Source of the DNA: Ginglymostoma cirratum
Taxonomy: Eukaryota
DNA: 64,000 nucleotides
Assembly (NCBI GenBank): GCA_024137785.1
Contig: JAHRHZ010000040.1
Coordinates: forward strand, 9,527,649 to 9,591,648
Reading direction: 5' to 3'
Numbering within the stretch: the first letter of the stretch is position 1; each line of letters opens with the position of its first letter. The translations under genes were made by a program, and so were the position numbers. This document shows, piece by piece, positions 38,385-50,410 of this stretch. The notes beneath the pieces are model-generated. The model did not search any database. It saw nothing but the letters and a program-made list of their open reading frames with translations, and was not told the origin of the DNA.

Positions 38385-38970
38385 CACAAGTAAACTGCAT
38401 GTGCAGCAGATGGCAAAGAAGGCAAATGGTGTGTTGGCCTTCCTAGCAAGACAGTTTGAGAACAGGTGTAGGTATGCCTTGCTCCAATTTTACAGGGAGA
38501 GCAAACCTAGAGAATTGAGAGCAGTTTTGATCTCCTTAGGACAATATTCTCCACTTGGGATTATATTCCCTCGTATTTAGAAGAATAGGGGGTATCTCAG
38601 GAGCCTACAAAATTCTAACAGGACCAGACATGGTAACCACAGGAAAAATGTTCCCAATGGCCGGAGAGTCCAGAATTGGACTCAGTTTAACAATACAGAG
38701 TAGGCCATTTAAGACTGAGATGAGGTGTAAATTCTTCACCCAGACAATGCTGAATTTATGGGATTCTCTACCACAGAAAGAGGTTGAATATTTTTAAGAA
38801 CCATCTAGATACAGTTCTTCGGGCTAAAAGGAATCAAACGGTATAGGTATCATATGGTATCAAACAGAAACATGGGACTAATTTGGATATCAGTCATGAT
38901 CATATTGAACAGTGTAGCAGGTTTGAAGGGCTGAATGGCCTACTGCAGCTCCTATTTTCTAAGTTTTCTA
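38385..38970 (+). mobile_element. CR1 LINE 3' fragment
   Basis: Reads VQQMAKKANGVLAFLAR...GLYSLVFRR, followed by a CR1 3' UTR. Confidence 0.85.
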
Positions 38971-39852
38971 CGAGTCACTTACCCTTCCTACCCTGAGTGT
39001 GGGTGCAGTCTTTTTCTTCAGCATTGTACCCTTATAATTTCCAGCATGATGAAAGGCAACAGGGAGCACTCCTCATTTACTGGTTTGTAGCCTCAGCCTC
39101 TGTATATCGGTGAACCGCAGAACATTCAGTCAACCCCATGGCCTTCACAACGCCCCAGGCCCCACGCAAACTGTTTACATGAGCTTGAACCTGTCCATCT
39201 ACCCCAAACCCCCAACTACTTCCATTACCAACATTACCACAACAATTCCCTTTCCCCTTAATTTCTGTGAATGGTAACTAAGGATAGATCATAACCCACA
39301 CCCTTGAGCAACCTTACTGGACAGACTTGGATGAGAAGCGCTTAGATCTTGACTGGTGGCTGTTTATTTGCCCTGACTATGTTAGCCCATTTCCCCCGAG
39401 CCTGGCCACGATAGAGCCACATGACTGACTGTGACCCACTCCATGGCTTGCAGCGACCTGGCCCCCTCACCAGAGAACACTTCGACTGGGCACCTGATTG
39501 TGACAGTTTTAGGAGGCTACCCTTGATGTAGAATGCCAGGACCTCCTGACTGATAAGTGCCTCCCTGGGTTTCAGCGAAAAATACCCCCCCAAGCCTTTG
39601 AGACTTGTTTGTTGTTTGCCGCAAATGCAATATATTTGTCACATAAACTGTTGGCATATGGAACGGGTGTGGGATTGACATAGCACATAGCTGTACAGCA
39701 AGATGTTCACCCCATTTGTCTGAGGATTGTTGACGAGCAAGTCAAGCTGCCTAGGTGTGCGTCTGATCCAACTGGCAAGGCATGGATTCTGTGTGCATTC
39801 AGGTAGACGCTAAGTGAGTTCTAGGAGAGTAAACAAACACTCCTGAGAAGTA

Positions 39853-39939
39853 ACAAAAACAAAGTTGCTGGAAAAGCTCAGCAGGTCTGGCTGCACCTGT
39901 GAAGGAGAAAACAGCGTTAACGTTTCAGGTCCGGTGACC
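39853..39939 (-). mobile_element. Hammerhead-motif short element (family B) with 13-bp TSD
   Basis: Reverse strand reads GGGTCACCGGACCTGAAACGTTAAC. CTCCTGAGAAGTA occurs at 39840-39852 and 39940-39952. Confidence 0.85.
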
Positions 39940-40296
39940 CTCCTGAGAAGTAGCCTGGTGCAATCCATGGACTGGCTGCCTGTCTCTCCTCATAAAATGT
40001 CTCCACTGTAGCCTTTCAATGTTAATTGCCGATACTCCCAAAAAGCAAGTCTGTGCTTCCTGAGTGTGCTGCCAGTGTTTTGGAGAGATGCCACGATGGG
40101 TTGGCAGGTGCCAGATGCCAACGTCCATAGATGATGAGTTCGCATGGCTAGTGCTCATGGATCATCAGTTTGGTTGAATGCAATGTGGAGGTGCTTCAGA
40201 GCAAGCAGTGAGCTGAATCCACCAGGTACCTGCTCAGGTCCATGTTGAGTTTTGTTGACATCAAGCTTGTTTGATGCTTTGATTTAGCTTATCACT

Positions 40297-40596
40297 GGCG
40301 GCACAGGCCTCAGTGTCTAACACTGCTGCCTCACAGCACCGGGTTCAATTCCAGCTTCAGGTGACTGTGTGGAGTTTGCACATTCTCCCTGTGTCTGCAT
40401 AGGTTTCCTTGGGTGCTCTGGTTTCCTCCCACAGTCCAAAAGTTAGGTGGATTGGTCATGCTAAATTGCTCGTAGTGTACAGAGATGTGCAGGCTATGTA
40501 GGTTAGCCATGGGTAATGCAGCTGGGTCTGGGTGTGTTGCTCTTAGAAAACATGATGGGCTGAATGGCCTACTTATACAATGTGGTGATTCTATGA
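40297..40596 (+). mobile_element. HE1-type V-SINE (elasmobranch)
   Basis: tRNA-like head with GGTTCAATTCC, V-domain TGTGTGGAGTTTGCACATTCTCCC...GGTTTCCTCCCACAGTCCAAA, and a CR1-like tail GGGCTGAATGGCCT...GATTCTATGA. Confidence 0.85.
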
Positions 40597-40604
40597 ACAG
40601 CACC

Positions 40605-41450
40605 TGTTATTGTCATATGTATTGAGATACAGTAGAAAGTATTGTTTTGTGTGCTAACCAGACAAATCATACCATACATAAGTACATCAGCGTAATAGGA
40701 CAGAATGCAGAATATAGTGTTATAGTCACAGAGAAAGTCCAGAGAAAGATCAACTGTTATGTATGAGAGGTCCAATCATAAGTCTGATAACAACGCGGAA
40801 GAAGCTGTTCTTAAATTTTTTGGTACATGTTTACAAATTTTTATATCTTCTGCCTGGTGGAATAGGGTGGAAGAGAGTATAACCAGGTGGGAGGGTCTTT
40901 GATAATGTTGGCTGCTTTCCCAAGGCAGCGGGAAGTATAGATGGAGCCAATGGAAGGATGGCTGGTTTTTGTGATGGACTGGGCTGCATTCACAAATTGC
41001 AGTCTTGAGCAGAGCAGTTGCCATGCCAAACTGTGAGGTATTCAGATAGGAGGCTTTTTATGGTGCATCTATAAAAATTGATAAGAGTCATTATGGACAT
41101 GCTGAATTTCCTTAGTCTCCTGAGGGAGTAAAGCCATTGGTGGGCTTTCTTGACTGTAACGTCAACACGGATGGACCAGGATGGATTGTTGGTGATATTT
41201 ACTCATAGGAACTTGAAGCTCTTGACCACCTCCACCACCGATACAGACAAAGGCATGGCCTCCTCTCTGCTTCCTGAAGTCAATGACCAGCTCCTCTATT
41301 TTGCTGATATTGAGGGAAAGATTGCTGTCTTTACACCATGCTACACAACTCTCTACCTCTTTCCTATACTCTGTCTCGTCATTGTTTGAGATCTGACCCA
41401 CTACGGCGGTGTCATCAGCAAATTTGTAAATGGAGTTAAAGCTGAATTTG
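40605..41450 (-). mobile_element. Rex1/Babar-type LINE 3' fragment
   Basis: Minus strand reads NSIYKFADDTAVVGQISNNDETEYRKEVESCVAWCKDSNLSLNISKIEELVIDFRK. Confidence 0.85.
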
Positions 41451-42177
41451 AGCTTGGTAAGATAGAAAGTTAAATGTAAACAAGGTGATTAGGTCAACAA
41501 CATGGTGGTATAGAATGAATTGTCCCTCTTAATTGGCAACTTGCTGCTGCGTAGTAAGAAAATCAAACCACTACTTATGAAAAATATAAATTTGAAGCAA
41601 ATTGCTCCCGACATCAAGCCAGGCCTTACTAGATTTCTTGTCCAATTCTGCCGCACATCTTGGTACGGCCAACATTGCCCACATCCCTATAAGATCTTAC
41701 CTCTGAGTTACTGTAGTTGAATCCGAGACCATGTCTGTTGAGTTAATGTCTTGAATTTTCACTGTAGTGAGATTGTAGAACCCTTGAGTTTTTGGCAAAT
41801 TGATGTTTCTCTGATTTGTTTCATCATGGGAACTGACTTTCAAGATAATCAGAAGGAAATATTGAGAGTGGAAGTTGTCTGTCTGTGCTGTTGTTGATGT
41901 ATCCTCTTTTACCTCTGTCTGTTACTCTGCCAACCAGCTATTAAAATATGTTCATTTGTATATTCTCAAGTCTAACTCCATTGTCTTTTCAAACTGGATA
42001 TTTGCAGGCAATCCTTTCTTATCCAAGATTACATTATCTCAGACAAATGTAAATTGAAACAGGAAATCTGAGTTTCTTGACCTCAACTCAATAAGTTGTT
42101 TTCAATATCTTTAGGTGATTTCACTTCAGCAAGTCTTGTTGGTTCCATATTGGTTTTACAAACTTTTCTAGTCTGTG

Positions 42178-42263
42178 ATATCAAGGTGTGGAGCTGGATG
42201 AACACAACAGGCCAAGCAGCATCAGAGGAGCAGGAAGGCTGACGTTTCGGGCCTAGACCCTTC
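42178..42263 (-). mobile_element. Hammerhead-motif short element (family A) with 12-bp TSD
   Basis: Reverse strand reads GAAGAAGGGTCTAGGCCCGAAACGTCAGC. TTCTAGTCTGTG occurs at 42166-42177 and 42264-42275. Confidence 0.85.
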
Positions 42264-42339
42264 TTCTAGTCTGTGGTCTAGTTATTGCTCCAGCTATTTA
42301 AGATCTGTGTTTCTTCCTTTTTAAAACCATTTTAGTGAT

Positions 42340-44665
42340 ACAAACATACAAACAGGAGCCTGTAATGGCCATTCAACACTTTGAGCTTGTTTGCTATTCA
42401 ATAAGGTCATCGCTGATAGAATTGTAACCTCAAATCTGCATTGCTTTTTATCTCACAGCCTTTTGCACCTTCCCAAACCTCCCATTGTTTATCATCTCTG
42501 CCTCAAAAATATTCAACACTTCTTTCACCAAATTTTCAGGAGATTTCTAATGACTCCCCACCCCTCAGAAAGATAAAGATTTACCTCAATCCTATCTTAA
42601 ATTGGCAACTTTTTAAACAGTGACCCCTAGTTCCAGATCCCCTAACAAAACATCTTATCCACCTCCATCCTGTCAAGGTTATGGATGTGTTAATTAATTG
42701 CTGCTCAACTAAACTCCAATGGATAAAATCTAGGTTGTCCAACCTTTCCTCATGGTCAGCTTGCTGATTTCACGCATTGTTCTAGTAAATCTTCTCTGAG
42801 CTCTATCACAGAATTATAGAACATTTAAGGCTCAAAAGGAGGCCATTCAATCCATTGTACCCGAACTGGTTCTATTAACTAGTGTTAATCTCCTGCTTTC
42901 CGCCATATCCCTGCACAGCATTTCTATCTAAATCACCATCCATTGCCCTCTTGAATGCCTGAGTTGAACCTACATCCACCACATTTCCAGGCAAAGCATT
43001 CCATACCCCAACTACTCGATGTGTGAGAAGTGTGGAGCTGGAGGAACACAGTAGGCCAGGCAACATCAGAGGAGCAGGACTTTCTGTTACTGCCTGGCCT
43101 GCTGAGCTCCTTTAGCTCTACACTGTGTTATCTCTGACTCCAGTTCTTACTATCTCGATGTGTGAGTACATTTTTTTTCTCATATCCCTTCTTTTACACC
43201 TCACTTTAAGTCTATGCCCTCTTTTTTTTTCTCTTTTACTAGCAAGAATAGCTTCTCCCTGTCTACTCTGACAAGCCCAACCACAACTCTGAAAACCTCT
43301 ATCAAATCTCCACTCAGCCTTCTTCTATCTAAGGAGAACAGTAAAAACTCCCTCAATCTATCCTCATATTTGAAGTTCATCATTCCTGGAAGCATTCTTA
43401 TAAATTGTTTCTGCACTCTCCCCAGTGCATCCTCATCTTTCCCATAATGTGACGCCCACAATTGTATATAATACTCCAGGTGAGGTCTAGTAAGTGTCTT
43501 GTATGAGTTTGACATCAACTGCCAGCTCTTGTACTCTATGCCCCATTAATAAAACTGAGAATGCTGTTTGCTTTATTAAATGCTTTCTCCACCTGTTCCA
43601 TCATCTTCAATGTTCTATGCATTTATATATCCAGCTCCATCTGCTCCTGCATCCCCTTTAGACCCGCACTCCTTATTTTATGTTGTCTTCCAATGCTCTT
43701 CCAACAAAAGTGCATCATGTTAAATGTCTCTGCGTTGCAGACTGCTCTACATATCTGCCCATTCTACCAACCTGTCAATGTCCTTTCGGAGTTCCACATT
43801 GTCCTTGTCACAGTTTACAATTCTTCCAGTTTACGGCCAACTTTGAACTTTGAAGCCGTCCTCTGCACACCAAGATCCACATCATTAATATAGATCAGGA
43901 AAAGCAGGGGTCTCAACACTGACCCTGCGGAACTCCACTGCAAACCTTCCTCCAGCTCAAAAAAAATCTGTTGACGATAACTTGCTTTTTCTTATCACTC
44001 AGTCAATGCTGTATTCATGTTGATACTGTCTCTTTTATAGCATGACCTATAATTTTTCTCACAAATTTTTTGTGGAACATTATATCAAACATCTTCTGGA
44101 AATCTATATTTACCACATCAACAGCATTATCCTCATTGAATCTTTCTGTTACCTCTTCAAAACACTCCAGGAAGTTAGTGAAACACAATTTCCCTTTAAA
44201 AAGTCATGCTAAACCTTCCTAACCAACTCATCATTTCAATGTGGTTATTCATTCTAACCCGAACAATTCTTTTTAGACATTTTTTCAGCCAGTTAGATAA
44301 ACTAGTTTATAAACAAAGCTGTAATGTTTGTAATTTTCCAGTCTTCTGACAACGCCCCCACGTCCAGAGAAATCTGAAAGATTATACCAGTGCACCCATA
44401 ATTTTAGCCCTTGCTTCCTTCAAGCTCCTTGGTCACATCTCATCTCGTGTCTGTGTCATTTCAGCTTTACTTACCACCTATCCAAGACTTTATTAATCTT
44501 CAACCCTTGCAGTGACAGAGTTTCCTCCTCTTTCACCATGGCCTGGGCAGCATCCTCTTCGTTTGTAATGACAGATGTAAAGTATTCATTTGACACCTCA
44601 GCTGTGCCTCCTGCATCCATGTGTAAATCCCTTTCTCGTCTCTTATCTGCCCTACTCCTCCTTTA
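42340..44665 (-). mobile_element. Two adjacent CR1 LINE fragments (second about 1.8 kb, from 42806)
   Basis: ORF 43201-43518 (YKTLTRPHLEYYIQLWASHYGKDEDALGRVQKQFIRMLPG), with RT motifs further upstream on the minus strand. Confidence 0.88.
43028..43153. mobile_element. Palindromic family A-type insertion nested in a CR1, 13-bp TSD
   Basis: CTCGATGTGTGAG at 43015-43027 and 43154-43166, with internal inverted arms. Confidence 0.8.
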
Positions 44666-46724
44666 ACCGCTGTGTTAAAAGCAGTAAGACATTTATATTC
44701 GTCCTTAAATAATGCTGTGCACCATACTCCAGAGTGGCACCCAATGTGAAACTCACATCTGGTTGTTTGCTAATTATTTGGAGCTTTGGCTCCTACTGAT
44801 TTTGTAAACCCTGGCAGGTTCAGTGCTCGCAGGCTATATTGGGCACCATCAATTCAAGAAACAAGATTATGACCTCTACAGATTTTGGCCACATATTACT
44901 TGAATCATAGTACTGAAAAACTTATTGTTATGAAAGTTGCAAAACATAGGTGCATGAGTGGAACTCAGTGTTCCCAGTATTACAGATGTACTTAGATAAA
45001 CAATTATTGCAGAGAGAACAAGAAAGCACAAAATATTGCACATCAACCTGTGCCATAATGCAGAAATAGAATTGAACCTCATAAAACGCTCCCAGTAAAA
45101 ATGATTAACAATCAGATACCACACTATTATTATATTTTCATGTACTTTTCATTTGTTTCCCATAGAGTTCATGATAAGTTGAGACTTGCATACGTCATTT
45201 GCGCTCATACTGATAAAATGCAGTCATTTGTGGCTTTGGATTTCTAGCACAGTAATTTGTACAGAGAAATTGAAGAAAATCTTTTTGAATTGTGTTGATA
45301 TTCTTTGAAATGGTATTATAAAACTTATAGTTTTAAAAGTATTACATGGAAAGGACTATAAAAAAGCAATTCCAATCGGCTTGAAATATTAACTTAGTTT
45401 CTCTACTCAAGCTGCCAAACCAGCTGAGTTTCTGTAGCACTTTCTATTTGTAATATTAAATGAATTAATACAATGCCTGTGAAACAAACATTTTTAAAAG
45501 AATTACGTGGATCCTTATAAGTTTGATTTGCATGAAGAAAGGGGTTTATTTTCTGATTACATGCAGACAGAATGACTTATAATCTAAGACTTTTATTTTC
45601 TGATGAGAGGACATTAGAAATGCTGGACCTGAAAGTAGTGCAAGGAATGAGGAAAGAAGAAATTGGATATCTCTTCACAGTTTGTAGCTGCTATCATCTT
45701 TTGGTTTTTACTATTTATATTTGAATTCTCTCAATCATTCAAACTACAGCCAAAGACAAATCCTGCAGTTCTGCAGCAATGAGTCCACTGATCGAAACAC
45801 ATGGCCATCTGAAGCAATTGGTAGCCTCATCACTCAGAAAGCACAAGCATTACTTGCCTGGCTTTTAGTTTTCATTACTCTATTAAGACAACTCTTGAAA
45901 CAGAGCTTAGAAAGCTTAACATTCTTATATGTGATACTGCAGCATTGCCATGTTTGTCTGTGTGTGCAAGTTGAATGATTGAGTGAATATAGAGATAAAG
46001 AAATAAAAGTAATGGTTGATGTTAGTAATATGCTGGGGGAGGCGTCCAGTGTGCCCTGTAGGGCCAGTGAGTGGGATATTTACTTTACTACTGCCCTCTT
46101 TCTCAGAATGAAAAGGCCAGGGACTGTACAAAGACCACCTCAATCATGCCACATGCTTGACAAAATGTTGCATTGTGATTATTTAAAAACAAATGCTGTA
46201 CTCTCACAAGGACAAACCTATTAAGGAGGGTGTGCATTAAGATCAATTTTAACTTTAGATAAGATTTTCAATGCATAGTATATAGTGCAATTACCTCATA
46301 CCCACAGTTTTTAGATCGAAAAAGTGTGCTGGTAACACAATGATGAAAATTTTATTAAGACTGGCAAGTAAATCAAATGCAGACTGTCAAATATGAAAAG
46401 TCAAGTAGACATTAATCATAAGCCAGCCAGAGTTTGGATATCCACTAATTAGGCTGGCAGGAAATAAGGCAGACCCGCAGTCATTAGATCATAGCACACT
46501 GGAGATGATTAGTCAAGCCCATGGATAAAGAGCTGAAGGATGGCAGCACAAAACCCTCCTATTAAAGATAGCCACAAGAGCTGCCAAACAAAGAATGAAA
46601 AGATTTTAGATTTGGACCTTTTTTTGCTGGACTGAACTGATTTCTACATAAAGAAATGATGACAACCGGGAATTTATGGACTAATTTCTCTTCAAACAAA
46701 GTAACACCACCCTTGTTTTTCACA

Positions 46725-47480
46725 GAATCACCAAATTATTCTGGTGGAGATGGAGGCCATTTGGCCAATGGTATCTGCACAGGTTCACCAAATGAGCATT
46801 ATGATTAAGTATCATTCTCCTACCTTTTCCCCCATAACCCTGTGCTGTTCTGTTTCTCTTCAAATAGTCAATAATGTCCTCTCGAATGCTTCAGTTGAAC
46901 CTGCTTCTAACACACTTCCTGACAGCGCATTCTGGATGCAACCTACACACAGTGAAAAAAGTTTTTCTTACCTTATGTTTGCTTCGTTCACAAATTACTT
47001 TGCATCAGTACTGCCTCACTCACAAGCCCTTGATGAGTGGGAACAGTTTCTCCCTCCCCACTCTGTCCAGACCCCTTGAGGTTTTGAAAACAATAAAATC
47101 TTGTCTTGAACTCTCCTTTCCAAGGAATTCAGTCCTAACTTTTTCATTCTCCTTGGGAAGTGCACGAGGAGTACTTTAGGGGCTGTGGTTGCATTGCTGT
47201 GGCACCTGCAATGACTATTGCTGACTTCATTAAAATATGTTCAGAAAGCTACCTGGCAATAGTTGCTGGTTGGGGCCTGGTTCAAGAGGTGGGTGTCATG
47301 GGTGCACAAGAGTTATTACATAGGAACTTACGAGTTAAGAGGAGGAGTAGATCATTCAGACCCCCAGGCCTGCTTCACCATTCAGTAATACCATAGCTGA
47401 TTATAACTTCAAATCTGCATTCCCTCCTACCTCAGATACCCTTTTGACCACTTGCTCAATGAAAATTATCCACCTCTTGC
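46725..47480 (-). mobile_element. CR1 LINE 3' fragments (46725-47155 and 47320-47480)
   Basis: GGAGGCCATTTGGCC and ACATAGGAAC...GGAGGAGTAGATCATTCAG are reverse CR1 tails. Confidence 0.7.
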
Positions 47481-49029
47481 TAAATACGACTCACATTTGC
47501 AATGAAAGAACTCTGATACTTGGACTGCAATTGGAACTAGAGAACAAGAATACTGTCCATGGTTGTGGGGAGAATGAAATAGATCACCGTATGGGTTGGT
47601 GTCACAGGATATTGTGAGGACATTTTCTTCCATGGATAGAGTGGAAATCTCAGCAGTCATCAAGAACATCAATAATGGCAATCAGACTAGCCCATTTATG
47701 CCTTAATTATAGATGATTACACAATGGATACAAATATACCTTGCCCCCAAAATAGGATGCGCAGTACATAAACCTTGACGTTATGGGATGTCACTAATAT
47801 GCAGCAAGCTGCTCTGGGCTAAAAATGTTGGAACCCAGATCAGCAATGATAATGGAACAACTATCATTATAAATTTTCCAGGTCCACCTACAGAACAGGT
47901 AGCCATTTACATTTCAAAGCAGAGTACCTATTAATCAACAGATGGGTAGTAGCTTTAGACCATTTACTCTACCACCAGAAGTAGAGTTTTCTATAAAGCA
48001 GCACAATGTGCCAGTCTGACTAATCCAAACTACAAAAATGTGACAGCCAAGGACATTGTTTAAAACATTTTTCAATACACGATGATACTTTCTTCATCAG
48101 AAGAGCACTGTAATGCATGTGAACAATTACATAATGATAGGCAATAAAATTATTAAATGACATTTGACAGATTTCTCTGATGAATCAATGCGATAAAAAC
48201 ATACACATTTGAAGCTGTGAAAAATTTCACACTTATGTTTTAGAACGCTACTGACTCCTCAGCAGACTATCCATTTTTCCCATGAATTCTCAAACTGGGC
48301 ATGGATTTAGTAGCCTTCCAAACCCCACACACCACCAGACAATAATGGTATGCAACAGGTTATTCATTTTTGTCTCCTGTACTGCTACAAGCTCGTCAAT
48401 AGTAGTTATTGAAGACACATTTCTACAGGCCTTAGGTCTCTGTTTGCACATGCAACCTCTCCAGACCAGTCCATTCCTACATACAATGGGTCCCATTACT
48501 GAGGAGGTTCTGATCAGGGAAGGTGTTGATGACACTTCAGCAGATTTACAGTATTTCCTAACAGTGTTCAATGTTCCTTTAAGATCTTAAAACCTCATGA
48601 CTGAATGTGCCTCATCCAACCAAATGCCCCAGCAACCCACATTTATAATAAAGCAGCTAATCAGTGATGTGGCACAGAGGATTAAGTTAGTTTGAAATCT
48701 TGACAGCATGCACCCCGATTTGTTGCAGTCTGAACACGGTTTGACATTGGAACATGAGGTCCAATGTACCAGGTAAGCCAGGTGCAAGCTGCAAAAATTG
48801 AGGGTGTTTCAGCACAACTCTGAGGCTCAGACTGAGTTTGGGCTAAAAAATAGCAAGTAACATTTTGCATTACATAATACCAGGTAATGACTATCTCCGA
48901 CAAGAGAGAATGTAACCATCATCTCTTGACATTCAATGGCATTACCATAATTGAATCCCCCTCACTATCAACATCCTTGGGGTTACCATTCACAAGAAAT
49001 TATCAAAAGTCAAGACCCAAAGTCTCGGA

Positions 49030-49900
49030 GACTACATCCTTGCTGAAAGCAAGTTTGTGTCCAACTAAGACTTCTATAATGGTGACCAAACATTTAAGCC
49101 AAGATTAAAGAAACTCTATCCTAAGTTGATGACTCCATTGCCTTTTGTGAGGAATTCCTTAGACCTTCCAGAAACATTATCTTTTCTGTAAAGAAGATTG
49201 GAAACATTTTGTGAAGATCTCATCTGGGTTTTCCAGCCTCCTGAAGTTTCATAGAAAGAAGATTGGATGGCACTTCTGTGGAGAGATTCTAAGCCTTTCT
49301 AAGAGTTTCATCAGTTTACAATATTCCCTTAGTCATGTTGGAAGAGGAGATTCCTAAGCCAGGAAACACACCCGACGGTAAGCATGACAACCTGGTACTA
49401 TCAGGTTCAATTTTATCATTTCAGCAAGGAAATCAAGTGGCACCTTACTGTTCACACCTTATCAAGATCCTCTTGGTAATCTTCCAGTACAGACTGAGCA
49501 GGATTCTTGACCCTTTCCAATAGTGATACCAGTTTATGTGACCAACAGTGTTCACAAAAAAATCCAATATGAGGCGACTGAAGATGCAGTGGAAGTACCC
49601 ACGCTATCAGCTTTACAAGAAGCTCATAATAATTTTTCAATTGACACTAAACAGAAGGAGTTTGATGAGACAAAACCATAGACTCTGTACATAGTGCAGC
49701 AAAACTCTTCAACAGTGCTGAAGCATGAGAAGCATGTTCCACTTTTGTATGAGAGACTAGGAAATTCTCTATCTTCATTGAGTGGTGCCCATATACTGCT
49801 AAGAAAGGCAGCAGTCAATGTTGACATACCTGTTATGTCACCTTTTCATCCACAATACTTCACAGAGACTATGAACATGATCTTGGCAGTCTGTAAAGTG
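49030..49900 (-). mobile_element. Decayed L1/Tx1-type reverse-transcriptase remnant
   Basis: ORF 49452-49640 (NYYELLVKLIA...HIGF...DYQEDLDKV) resembles L1 RT (DYKILAK.LA...QTGF...DQEKAFDRV). Confidence 0.45.
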
Positions 49901-50310
49901 AATCTTCCAGTGTAAGCATTATTTTGACAATGGATCAGAACTCCGAAGTATTACAAGCAATTTTTACTTTTAACTCCAGAATGTGTTGTTTTAAAAGAAT
50001 GCCAGAAAAGTTGTAGATCTAAATTTAGTGACTGCCTGATAAGGTCCATAGAATGTAACATGTACAAATTATTAGGAAAACTTCAAAACGGCAGAGACTA
50101 AATAAGAGGTTATTGAGGGGTGTCGGGTGGTGTCAGGGTGGTGGAGGTGTGAATACCTCTCCCATCACAGTGGAGAACCACCTCCATATTTCTGTTTATT
50201 CTCCAGGAATATATAACAACATGAGTTAAAAGCCAGTTTCAACTCTACAGAAGTGCACTAGTGGTACTGGCCACTCTCATGTATACCATCCTGGGTTTGA
50301 GAATTAGCAT

Positions 50311-50410
50311 CAAAAATAGAGATTGCTGGAAAAACTCAGCAGGCCTGGCAGCATTGATGAAGATAATTCAGAGTTAATGTTTCAGGCCTGGTGACCCTTC
50401 CTCAGAACTG
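50311..50410 (-). mobile_element. Hammerhead-motif short element (family B)
   Basis: Reverse strand reads CAGTT-CTGAGGA-A-GGGTC-ACCA-GGCCT-GAAACATT-AACT. A further fragment lies at 51410-51485. Confidence 0.8.

Noticed and set aside
48290-48571. L1-type endonuclease-like peptide (VAVQETK); similar hints at 41580-42130 and 61556-61870
   Set aside because: Too degenerate to call, and its order relative to the nearby RT fragment is inconsistent with a single element.
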